A DNA stretch of 10,526 nt from an uncultured bacterium. Lineage in GTDB: Bacteria; Lernaellota; Lernaellaia; Lernaellales; Lernaellaceae. The stretch spans positions 1 through 10,526 of the forward strand of contig CAZHPN010000199.1 of NCBI GenBank assembly GCA_964534375.1, given 5' to 3'. A model generated the notes under the pieces. That model saw nothing but the letters and a program-made list of their open reading frames with translations. It was not told the DNA's origin and searched no databases. A program made the position numbers and the translations under genes. Positions within the stretch are counted from its first letter, which is position 1. Every line of letters starts with the position of its first letter. Shown in pieces: positions 1-6,608 of the stretch.

Positions 1-39
1 GCCGACCGCGGAAAGGGGGCGATCAAGAAGAAAAATTAG
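1..39 (+). CDS. Possible 3' end of an upstream gene (…ADRGKGAIKKKN*), truncated by the window edge
   Basis: Frame 1 is open from base 1 to TAG at 37-39 and ends in a Lys-rich tail. Only 12 codons are visible, so it cannot be identified. Confidence 0.35.
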   Translation, partial: ADRGKGAIKKKN

Positions 40-59
40 ATGCGTTTACCCTGGAAGGC

Positions 60-272
60 TCAAAGGCTGGGAGTCTGAGAGGCCGGGAGGCGGCAAGGCG
101 TGCGGTCCAGCGGACACTGGACGCTGGCGGGCGCGTCGGTCGCCGCCGCGTCTGGCAATAGCCTGCCAAGGAGGATTTGGACCTCCGCGGGTCGGGCGCC
201 GGCGCCCGCCTTTACCGCGCAACACGGGAATCGGCGCCCGCCTTGCACCTGGTGCAGGACGTCGTTGTCCAT
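60..272 (-). CDS. Small hypothetical protein, 70 aa, with 4 Cys (FPCCAVK…QCPLDRTPCR)
   Basis: ORF track entry with an ATG start. It fills the gap between the upstream gene end and the kinase promoter region, and a sigma54-like motif lies about 50 bp upstream. The RBS is weak (GAAGAG next to the start) and no family is recognised. Confidence 0.3.
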   Translation of the reverse strand: MDNDVLHQVQGGRRFPCCAVKAGAGARPAEVQILLGRLLPDAAATDAPASVQCPLDRTPCRLPASQTPSL

Positions 273-319
273 TCTCTTCGGGATCGACTATCTTATTGCG
301 GCGTGTTCCAAGCAACACG

Positions 320-335
320 CGCGATCCGGATGCCA
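320..335 (-). promoter_or_regulatory. Candidate sigma54 (-24/-12) promoter, TGGCATCCGGATCGCG on the - strand
   Basis: GG-N10-GC spacing with TGGCA at -24. It points towards the 70-aa ORF at 272. Confidence 0.3.
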
Positions 336-472
336 CACGGTCCGTAACACTGCGAAATAAAACGATTTTTATCTGAAAATTCGCCTGCGTGCACGTGGCT
401 TTGGGCGCCTCCCGAACCGGATTGCAAGCCGAAAAAGCGCGGCAACTTGCCCCGGAAATCGGCGCCGGAACA

Positions 473-488
473 TGGCGCCTGGAATGCA
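473..488 (+). promoter_or_regulatory. Candidate sigma54 (-24/-12) promoter, TGGCGCCTGGAATGCA
   Basis: Matches TGGCAC-N5-TTGCW with 2 mismatches and exact GG-N10-GC spacing. It lies about 110 bp upstream of the kinase ATG. Confidence 0.3.
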
Positions 489-595
489 GGTTTGCCGCTT
501 GAGCGAGGGCTGCGCGCGCGCCACTGTAATCCGATTTCCGCTCCTACTGGCGGCGGGCGTGGTGTCGGACGACCGAAAAAAGGAACCGAATCCCG

Positions 596-3500
596 ATGGG
601 CGCCCTATCCAGCCTTTTTCGGACAGCCACAAAGTCGAAGTTCGGAAAACCTTACACTCCCGGTTTGGCGCTCGTCATCGGCATCGGACTTTCGCTCGTG
701 TTTTTCCAAGTGCTCCGCAGCGTCGAAAAGGCCCTTGTCGAGTCGGCGTTTTCGGGTTGGGCGGACATCCAGAAAGCGGCCCTCCAGGGGAGCATCGATC
801 GCAATCTCGAGGTGCTCGATTCCCTCGGGGCGCTTTTCGAGTCGTCGAGTTCCGTAACCCGCGACGATTTTCGGACCTTTGTGGCCTCGCCGCTGGCGCG
901 CCACCAGGAAATCCAAGCGTTGGAGTGGATTCCCGACGTGCGGCGCGAAAATCGGGACGAATTCGAAAAATTGGCGCGCCACGACGGCCTCGCCGACTTT
1001 CAGTTCACCGAGAAAACAACGGACGGCGTCATGGTCCGGGCCGCGCCGCGCGCCGAGTACTTTCCCGTCTATTACGTCGAGCCGCTGGCCGGAAACGTCG
1101 CCGCGGTCGGTTTCGATTTGTCGTCCAACCCCGCGCGCTTCGCGGCGCTGAACGTCGCGCGAGACAGCGGGGCCACGATCGCGACCGCCCGCATTACCCT
1201 GGTGCAGGAAACCGGGAAACAATTCGGGTTGCTGATTTATCGACCGGTCTACCGAAAGAAGTCGGCCAACGAATCGCAGCAAGATCGCCGCGACAACCTG
1301 CTCGGCTTCGCGTTGGGCGTGTTTCGCGCCGGCGACCTCGCCGAGAAATCCATGAAGCCCTTCGAATCCTCCGGCATCGATATTCGGATATCCGACGCGA
1401 ACGCGCCGGCGGACGAGCAATTCATTTACCAGAGCAGTTCCGCCAGCCGTGCGCCGCGGCGGGCCGCCGGCAATTGGGACGCCCAACCGAATCGGCGCAA
1501 GCTGGTGCGAGCCGATGAACTGATCCTGCCGGGTCGGCGTTGGAAGCTCGAGTTCGCGGCCGGCGACGTGTTTATCGCGGCGCATTCGACGAACCGCGCG
1601 TGGATTGTGCTGGTCGCCGGGATTTCCCTGACGTTGCTGGCGGCGTTTTATCTGTCCGCCCGGAATTCGCATCTGGCCGGCATCGCGGAGCAGGCGTTCG
1701 AACTCGCGGAAAAGAACGAAGCCCTCACCGCGGAAATTCGCCAGCGCGAACACGCCGAGCAGGCCCTGCGGGACAGCGAAGAGCGCTTTCGGCTCGCCGC
1801 CCAACTGGCCACGGATGTCATCTACGAGCGCGACATGCGCACCGGCGTCGCCGAGTTCTATGGCGACATCGACGCGATCCAGGGCTTCCCGCCGGGCGGC
1901 TATCCGCGCGATCAGCTCGGCTTCTTCGACCTGCTGCATCCCGACGACGCCACGCCGTTCATCGCCGCGGTCGAGGAAATGATGGCGCACCGGAAAGCCT
2001 TTTGCGCGGAGATCCGCATCCGGCGGGCGGACGGCGGTTACAACACATGGACCGACCACAGCCGCCTGATCTTCGACGAACACGATTTGCCGCGGAAGTG
2101 GATCGGCGTCGCCACCAATATCACCGAACGCAAGCGCGCGGAAGCGGCGTTGCGCGAGAGCGAGAAACGTTTCCGCTTGCTGGTGCAGAACTCCAACGAC
2201 ATCATCCAAATTATCGACGAAAACGGCGCTATGACCTATATCAGCGATTCGATCGCGGGAATTCTGGGCTACGCGCCGGAGGAACTGCGCGGCGAAATCG
2301 GTTTCCTGGGCGTCCACCCGGACGATCTGCCGCGTGTGACGGAGACTTTTGCCGCCGGCCTCGCCGAGCCGGGCGCCGTGCGCCGGGTCGAATACCGCTA
2401 TCGCCACAAGAACGGCAGTTGGATCGACCTGGAAACGGTCGGCTGCAACCTGCTGCGCGATCCCGCGGTGAACGGCATTGTCCTGAACATTCGCGACAAC
2501 ACCGAACGCAAGCGGGCGGAAGAAGCGCTGCGCAAAACCGAGGAGACGTACCGCCTGCATTTCGCCAACGTCAGCGACTTCATCTTCTCTCTCGACAGAA
2601 ACGGCGTCTTCCTCAGCCTCTCGCCGTCCATCGAAAAAATGTTGGGGTACAAACCTGAGGAATTGATCGGCAAGCCGTTTGCCGAGTTGAACCTCGTCGC
2701 GCCGGAAGACCTCGAGCGCGCCGTCGCCAACGCCAACAAAGTGATCGCGGGCGAAACGATCGACGCGGCCGAATACATATTCGTGGCCAAAGACGGCTCG
2801 CGACGCTTCGGCGAGGTGACCAGCTCCCCGATCGCCGTCGACGGGAAAATCGTGGCGGCCGTCGCCGTGGCCCGCGACATCACCGAACGCAAGGCGCACG
2901 AAGAGAAAAAAACGAAGCTCGAGACGCAACTTTTCCAGGCGCAGAAGATGGAAACCGTGGGCCGCCTGGCCGGCGGGGTGGCGCACGATTTCAACAACAT
3001 GCTCCAGATCATCAACAGCTACTCCGAGATCTGTCTGGAGCGGCTCGGGGCCGAGGATGCGTCGCGGCGACCCATGCAGGAAATCTACGACGCCGGCCAG
3101 CGGGCCGCGGGCCTGACCCGCCAATTGCTGGCCTTCAGCCGCAAGCAGGTGCTGCAACCGGTTGTGCTGGATATCAATAAGACGATCGCCGAAATGGAAA
3201 AAATGCTGCGCCGGCTGATCGGCGAGGATATCCATATTTCGACGGTGCATGCCCCGGACCTCGGCAAGGTCCGCGCGGACCCGGGGCAAATCGAGCAGGT
3301 CCTGATGAACCTGGCGATCAATGCCCGCGACGCGATGCCCGACGGCGGCAAGCTGACGATCGAGACCGCCAACGTCGAACTCGACGAACGATATGCCGCG
3401 CGCCACGTCGGGGTCGCGCCCGGGCCGTACGTGATGCTCGCGGTGAGCGACACCGGCTGCGGCATGGACGAGGCCACCAAGGCGTCGGTGTTCGAGCCGT

Positions 3501-4069
3501 TTTTCACCACGAAGGAAAAAGGCAAAGGCACCGGGCTCGGGCTCTCGACGGTGTACGGCATCGTCAAGCAAAGCGGCGGCAACATCTGGGTCTATAGCGA
3601 GCCGGGCCAGGGCGCGACCTTCAAGATTTATTTGCCCCGCGAGGCGTCGGATTCGTCGACCCCGCCGGCCAAGAAATCGGCGGCCAAAGGCGTGCCCGGA
3701 ACGGAGACGATTCTGGTCGTCGAAGACGAAGAAAGCGTCCGCCGCTTGGTGGCGGAGGTCCTGACCTCGGTCGGCTACACGGTCTTCGTCTGCGCGGGCG
3801 GCCGCGAGGCGATCGCGCGGTGCGACGAGCGCCAAGGGCCGATCGATCTGCTGCTCACCGACGTCGTGATGCCGCAGATGAGCGGCCGGCAACTCGCCGA
3901 ACTGCTGGCCCCGATTCGGCCGGAAACAAAGGTGCTCTATATGTCCGGGTACACCGACAACGCTATCGTGCATCACGGGGTTCTGGACCACGGAACGAAT
4001 TTCATATCCAAACCGTTCACCGTCGCCGCGCTGACCCACAAGGTTCGCGAGGTTCTGGACGCGAGGTAA
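596..4069 (+). CDS. Membrane-bound hybrid sensor histidine kinase/response regulator: CHASE + 3 PAS/PAC + HisKA + HATPase_c + REC (CckA-like C-terminus)
   Basis: 1157-aa ORF. Two hydrophobic segments (GLALVIGIGLSLVFF; AWIVLVAGISLTLLAAFYL) flank a CHASE-type region (EYFPVYYVEP…AVGFDL). Three PAS/PAC units end in NITERK, DNTERK and DITERK. The H-box is AHDFNN (H797), followed by N-box EQVLMNLAINARDAM, G1 SDTGCGM, F-box FEPFFTTK and G2 GTGLGL. The receiver has ILVVEDE, LLLTDVVMP (D1089), MSG and KPF. AGGA lies about 10 nt upstream of the ATG. Confidence 0.95.
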   Translation: MGALSSLFRTATKSKFGKPYTPGLALVIGIGLSLVFFQVLRSVEKALVESAFSGWADIQKAALQGSIDRNLEVLDSLGALFESSSSVTRDDFRTFVASPLARHQEIQALEWIPDVRRENRDEFEKLARHDGLADFQFTEKTTDGVMVRAAPRAEYFPVYYVEPLAGNVAAVGFDLSSNPARFAALNVARDSGATIATARITLVQETGKQFGLLIYRPVYRKKSANESQQDRRDNLLGFALGVFRAGDLAEKSMKPFESSGIDIRISDANAPADEQFIYQSSSASRAPRRAAGNWDAQPNRRKLVRADELILPGRRWKLEFAAGDVFIAAHSTNRAWIVLVAGISLTLLAAFYLSARNSHLAGIAEQAFELAEKNEALTAEIRQREHAEQALRDSEERFRLAAQLATDVIYERDMRTGVAEFYGDIDAIQGFPPGGYPRDQLGFFDLLHPDDATPFIAAVEEMMAHRKAFCAEIRIRRADGGYNTWTDHSRLIFDEHDLPRKWIGVATNITERKRAEAALRESEKRFRLLVQNSNDIIQIIDENGAMTYISDSIAGILGYAPEELRGEIGFLGVHPDDLPRVTETFAAGLAEPGAVRRVEYRYRHKNGSWIDLETVGCNLLRDPAVNGIVLNIRDNTERKRAEEALRKTEETYRLHFANVSDFIFSLDRNGVFLSLSPSIEKMLGYKPEELIGKPFAELNLVAPEDLERAVANANKVIAGETIDAAEYIFVAKDGSRRFGEVTSSPIAVDGKIVAAVAVARDITERKAHEEKKTKLETQLFQAQKMETVGRLAGGVAHDFNNMLQIINSYSEICLERLGAEDASRRPMQEIYDAGQRAAGLTRQLLAFSRKQVLQPVVLDINKTIAEMEKMLRRLIGEDIHISTVHAPDLGKVRADPGQIEQVLMNLAINARDAMPDGGKLTIETANVELDERYAARHVGVAPGPYVMLAVSDTGCGMDEATKASVFEPFFTTKEKGKGTGLGLSTVYGIVKQSGGNIWVYSEPGQGATFKIYLPREASDSSTPPAKKSAAKGVPGTETILVVEDEESVRRLVAEVLTSVGYTVFVCAGGREAIARCDERQGPIDLLLTDVVMPQMSGRQLAELLAPIRPETKVLYMSGYTDNAIVHHGVLDHGTNFISKPFTVAALTHKVREVLDAR

Positions 4070-4071
4070 AA

Positions 4072-4266
4072 ATGGCAATCGTCTTTGCGAAGGAGCGGCT
4101 GAACAACGCTCGGGACCATCGCGCCGGCCGGCCGGCCGCCCGCTGGACAGCGCGCGTTCGCAAGATCGTGGCGGCGGTGAGAGGTCTCGCAATCCCGAGC
4201 GCCGCCGCCTCGCCGCTTCGGTCCACCGCGTTCGTCGCTTTCGACACGAACATGTGGGACAATTGA
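4072..4266 (+). CDS. Possible small basic hypothetical protein, 64 aa (MAIVFAKERL…FDTNMWDN)
   Basis: The ATG is 2 nt after the kinase stop, with GAGG at 4063-4066 as a possible SD. The frame is open to TGA at 4264-4266. No family is recognised. Confidence 0.3.
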   Translation: MAIVFAKERLNNARDHRAGRPAARWTARVRKIVAAVRGLAIPSAAASPLRSTAFVAFDTNMWDN

Positions 4267-4313
4267 GGGCGTTTGTTCTGCACGCGGATTGCCTCGATAC
4301 AACGGCTGACGAG

Positions 4314-4376
4314 CGCTGGACACTGATCACTGATCACTGATCACTGATCACTGGCCGCTGGTCACTGACCACTACT
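4314..4376. repeat. Heptanucleotide tandem repeat (CACTGAT)4 with degenerate flanking copies
   Basis: Read directly: CGCTGGA, CACTGAT x4 (4321-4348), CACTGGC, CGCTGGT, CACTGAC, CACTACT. Confidence 0.9.
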
Positions 4377-4389
4377 CCCGCGAACGCGT

Positions 4390-4481
4390 CTTTTTATCGA
4401 ATTAACATATTTTTTATATCTCACGGTTCACTCTTAACGACATCTTGATTGGTCCGCGCGTATTTTACAGGCAGCTTTTTT
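4390..4481 (+). promoter_or_regulatory. AT-rich kdp promoter/operator region with KdpE (OmpR-family)-like T-rich direct repeats
   Basis: A sharp AT-rich island in GC-rich DNA directly upstream of the kdp genes. TT(T/A/G)A(T/C) pentamers occur at 4393, 4402, 4413, 4434, 4445 and 4464, several 11 or 21 bp apart. This resembles the T-tract KdpE site of E. coli kdpFABC. Confidence 0.55.
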
Positions 4482-4524
4482 CGTGAGGACGCAAAGCGAC
4501 GCCGTCAAAAGCGGCAAGGATGCG

Positions 4525-4545
4525 GGCGGCCGGCAAACGGCCGCC
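4525..4545 (+). promoter_or_regulatory. 8-bp all-GC hairpin (GGCGGCCG-GCAAA-CGGCCGCC) in the kdp leader
   Basis: Perfect inverted repeat immediately before the AAAGGGA RBS (4548-4554) of the first kdp peptide. Confidence 0.6.
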
Positions 4546-4560
4546 GGAAAGGGAACGGCG

Positions 4561-4656
4561 ATGAACCTCTATTTTTGGTTGCCGGCGATGTTTTTCCTGG
4601 GCCTGGGGTTGATGGGGCTCTGCAAATTGTTTCTCAATTTCTGCGAGAAAATTTAA
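4561..4656 (+). CDS. KdpZ-like small hydrophobic peptide, 31 aa (MNLYFWLPAMFFLGLGLMGLCKLFLNFCEKI)
   Basis: Hand-translated. AAAGGGA RBS, one TM-length hydrophobic stretch, and a C-terminal F-C-E-K-I motif. The stop abuts the GGAGG RBS of kdpF. It occupies the same position as the first of the two small peptides (kdpZ, kdpY) upstream of kdpA in Clostridium acetobutylicum. Confidence 0.8.
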   Translation: MNLYFWLPAMFFLGLGLMGLCKLFLNFCEKI

Positions 4657-4666
4657 GGAGGCGGCG

Positions 4667-4747
4667 ATGATTTACGTCTCGATCGGCGCTGCGGCGTTTT
4701 TGTTCGGCTATCTCGTGGTGGCGCTTGTGCGTCCGGAATGGTTCTAA
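4667..4747 (+). CDS. kdpF: K+-transporting ATPase subunit F, 26 aa (MIYVSIGAAAFLFGYLVVALVRPEWF)
   Basis: Hand-translated. GGAGG at 4657-4661, the signature YL-x2-AL-x2-PE-x-F C-terminus, and a position directly upstream of kdpA. Confidence 0.92.
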   Translation: MIYVSIGAAAFLFGYLVVALVRPEWF

Positions 4748-4775
4748 ACCAATCCCGAAAAGCGGAGAAGAAACA

Positions 4776-6605
4776 ATGTTTCTGCAAACTTGGTTATTGC
4801 CGTTCTTATTGCTGGCGACCGCGACGGTCTTCGCCTTTCCGCTGAGCCGCTACATGGCGTGGGTGCTGGACGGCCTGCATCAACCGCCGTCATTTCTCGG
4901 CTGGATCGAACGGCGTCTCGACAGCGGCCCGCAGAATTGGAAGCAATACACGGCTTCGCTGTTGACGTTCAACACGCTGCTGTTCGTCTTCGGCTTCCTG
5001 GTGCTGGCGTTGGCGCCGTGGACGCCGTGGAACCCGACGGGCAAGACGATGCTGGCGCCCAGCACGATCTTCAACAGCGTCGTCTCGTTCATGACCAACA
5101 CCGACCTGCAACATTACGCCGGCGAGCAGCACCTGTCGAACTTCAGCCAGGTGTTTTTCGGCATCGCGAATCTGTTTCTGTCCGCCGCGATCGGGCTCTG
5201 CGCGCTGACGGCGATCATTCGCGCGTTGCGCGGCGATTCGGCGCTCGGCAACTTCTTCGTCGACATGTGGCGGACGGTCATCTACATGTTCGTGCCGGCC
5301 GCGTTGTTTTTCGGCTTGCTCTTCATTTCCCAGGGCAGCCCGATGACGCTCGACACGACGCACCCGGTCGCGACGCTCGAGCCGGGCGCGATGGGCGCGG
5401 CCGACAACGGCGCCGCGAAACTGCAAACGATCGTCGTCGGGCCGGTGGCGGCGTTCGAGTCGATCAAGATGCTCGGCACCAACGGCGGCGGCTTCTACGG
5501 CATGAACTCCGCGCACCCGTTTGAGAACCCGACGGGCTTCTCCAATTTCTTCAACACGCTGGCGATGATGATCTTCCCGTTCGCGCTGGTGTTGATGTAC
5601 GGCCGCATGCTCAAGCGCAAAAGGCATGCGTTGGTCATCTTTGCGGTGATGCTGACGATGATGGCCGGCACCATCGTCTGGTCGGTGGCCTTCGACACGT
5701 TGCGGCCGAATCCGGGGCTGACCGGCCAGGCGCGCGCACAAACGTATGACGTTCCCAGTGCGACCGCGCCCGACGGCGCGCAGCCCGTGCAAGCTCCGAC
5801 CCTCGCGAGCCTGCCCGTCGACCAACACGCCGGCAATCTCGAGGGCAAGGAACTGCGGTTCGGCGTGTCGGCCGGCGCGACCTTCGCCGCGCTGACGACC
5901 GACGTGACCTGCGGCGCGGTCAACGCGGAATCCGACAGCCTCAATCCGCTCGCGGCGCTCTCGCCGATGGTCGGCATGTGGCTGAACTGCGTTTTCGGCG
6001 GCAAGGGCGTGGGCATGATCAACATGCTGGTCTACATCGTCATCGGCATTTTCGTGGCCGGGATGATGGTCGGCCGCACGCCGGAATACCTCGGCCGCAA
6101 GATCGGCGGGCGCGAGGTGAAGCTGGCGATCATCGCGCTGCTGATTCATCCCTTGATGATTTTGGGGCCGACCGGCCTGTTCGCGGCGACCAAGTGGGGG
6201 CTCGACGCCGTGAGCAATCCGGGCGCGCACGGCTTCTCGCAAATGCTCTATCAGTTTTCGTCCGCGTCGGCGAACAACGGCTCGGCGTTCGACGGCCTGG
6301 GCGTGACCTACGGCTTCTTCAACGCGACGAGCCCGGCGCCCACGGCGATCGCGTGGGATATCGCCGCGGGAATTGTGATGTTGATCGCCCGTTTCCTGCC
6401 GATCATCGCGCCGATCGCGATGGCGGCGTCGCTCGGCGCGAAAAAACCGAGCCCGTTCGGTCTGGGCACCTTGCGCGACGACACGGCCACCTTCGGCTTT
6501 CTGTTGCTGGCGGTTGTCTTGATTGTCGGCGCGCTGTTGTTTCTGCCGGCCGCGGCGCTCGGCCCCGTGGCCGAACATTTCGGCCCGATGCCGTTTGGAG
6601 GTTGA
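4776..6605 (+). CDS. kdpA: K+-transporting ATPase subunit A (channel-like subunit), 609 aa
   Basis: Motifs SFMTNTDLQHY, IKMLGTNGGGFYGMNSAHPFENP, NLEGKELRFG, TCGAVN, GMMVGRTPEYLGRKI, HGFSQMLY and SANNGSAF, FLPAAALGPVAEHF. The start was moved from the track's 4725 (which overlaps kdpF) to ATG 4776, which has GGAG at 4764-4767. Confidence 0.97.
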   Translation: MFLQTWLLPFLLLATATVFAFPLSRYMAWVLDGLHQPPSFLGWIERRLDSGPQNWKQYTASLLTFNTLLFVFGFLVLALAPWTPWNPTGKTMLAPSTIFNSVVSFMTNTDLQHYAGEQHLSNFSQVFFGIANLFLSAAIGLCALTAIIRALRGDSALGNFFVDMWRTVIYMFVPAALFFGLLFISQGSPMTLDTTHPVATLEPGAMGAADNGAAKLQTIVVGPVAAFESIKMLGTNGGGFYGMNSAHPFENPTGFSNFFNTLAMMIFPFALVLMYGRMLKRKRHALVIFAVMLTMMAGTIVWSVAFDTLRPNPGLTGQARAQTYDVPSATAPDGAQPVQAPTLASLPVDQHAGNLEGKELRFGVSAGATFAALTTDVTCGAVNAESDSLNPLAALSPMVGMWLNCVFGGKGVGMINMLVYIVIGIFVAGMMVGRTPEYLGRKIGGREVKLAIIALLIHPLMILGPTGLFAATKWGLDAVSNPGAHGFSQMLYQFSSASANNGSAFDGLGVTYGFFNATSPAPTAIAWDIAAGIVMLIARFLPIIAPIAMAASLGAKKPSPFGLGTLRDDTATFGFLLLAVVLIVGALLFLPAAALGPVAEHFGPMPFGG

Positions 6606-6608
6606 GCC

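Noticed and set aside
515..535. GCCACTGTAA, resembling part of a cobalamin riboswitch
   Set aside because: No GGGAA element or B12-box (AGYCAGRAGACC) lies nearby, and the downstream gene context does not fit.
605..4330. 1241-aa ORF on the - strand
   Set aside because: Antisense shadow of the histidine kinase, caused by GC-rich codon bias. It has no recognisable motifs.
4321..4376. CRISPR array or iteron interpretation of the tandem repeat
   Set aside because: The unit is only 7 bp with no spacers, and there is no cas or rep gene in the window.
4466..4535. c-di-GMP-I (GEMM) riboswitch look-alike: ACAGGCA…GTGA-GGACGCAAAGC
   Set aside because: The GGACGCAAAGC string matches, but there is no proper stem under the GNRA loop, no GGCAAAC upstream of it and no CUAA/UAUG tetraloop receptor. 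An Infernal search with RF01051 would be decisive.
4380..4560. c-di-AMP (ydaO/yuaA) riboswitch, often found before K+ transporter genes
   Set aside because: The conserved GCUGAAUC, GGGGGAACC and CCCGUCAGCUAAC elements were not found by eye.
4449..4670. 73-aa + strand ORF in the kdp leader
   Set aside because: It overlaps the better-supported 31-aa peptide in another frame and starts inside the promoter-like tract.
4725..4775. ORF-track start of kdpA at 4725
   Set aside because: It overlaps kdpF and lacks an SD. ATG 4776 has GGAG and matches the KdpA N-terminus.
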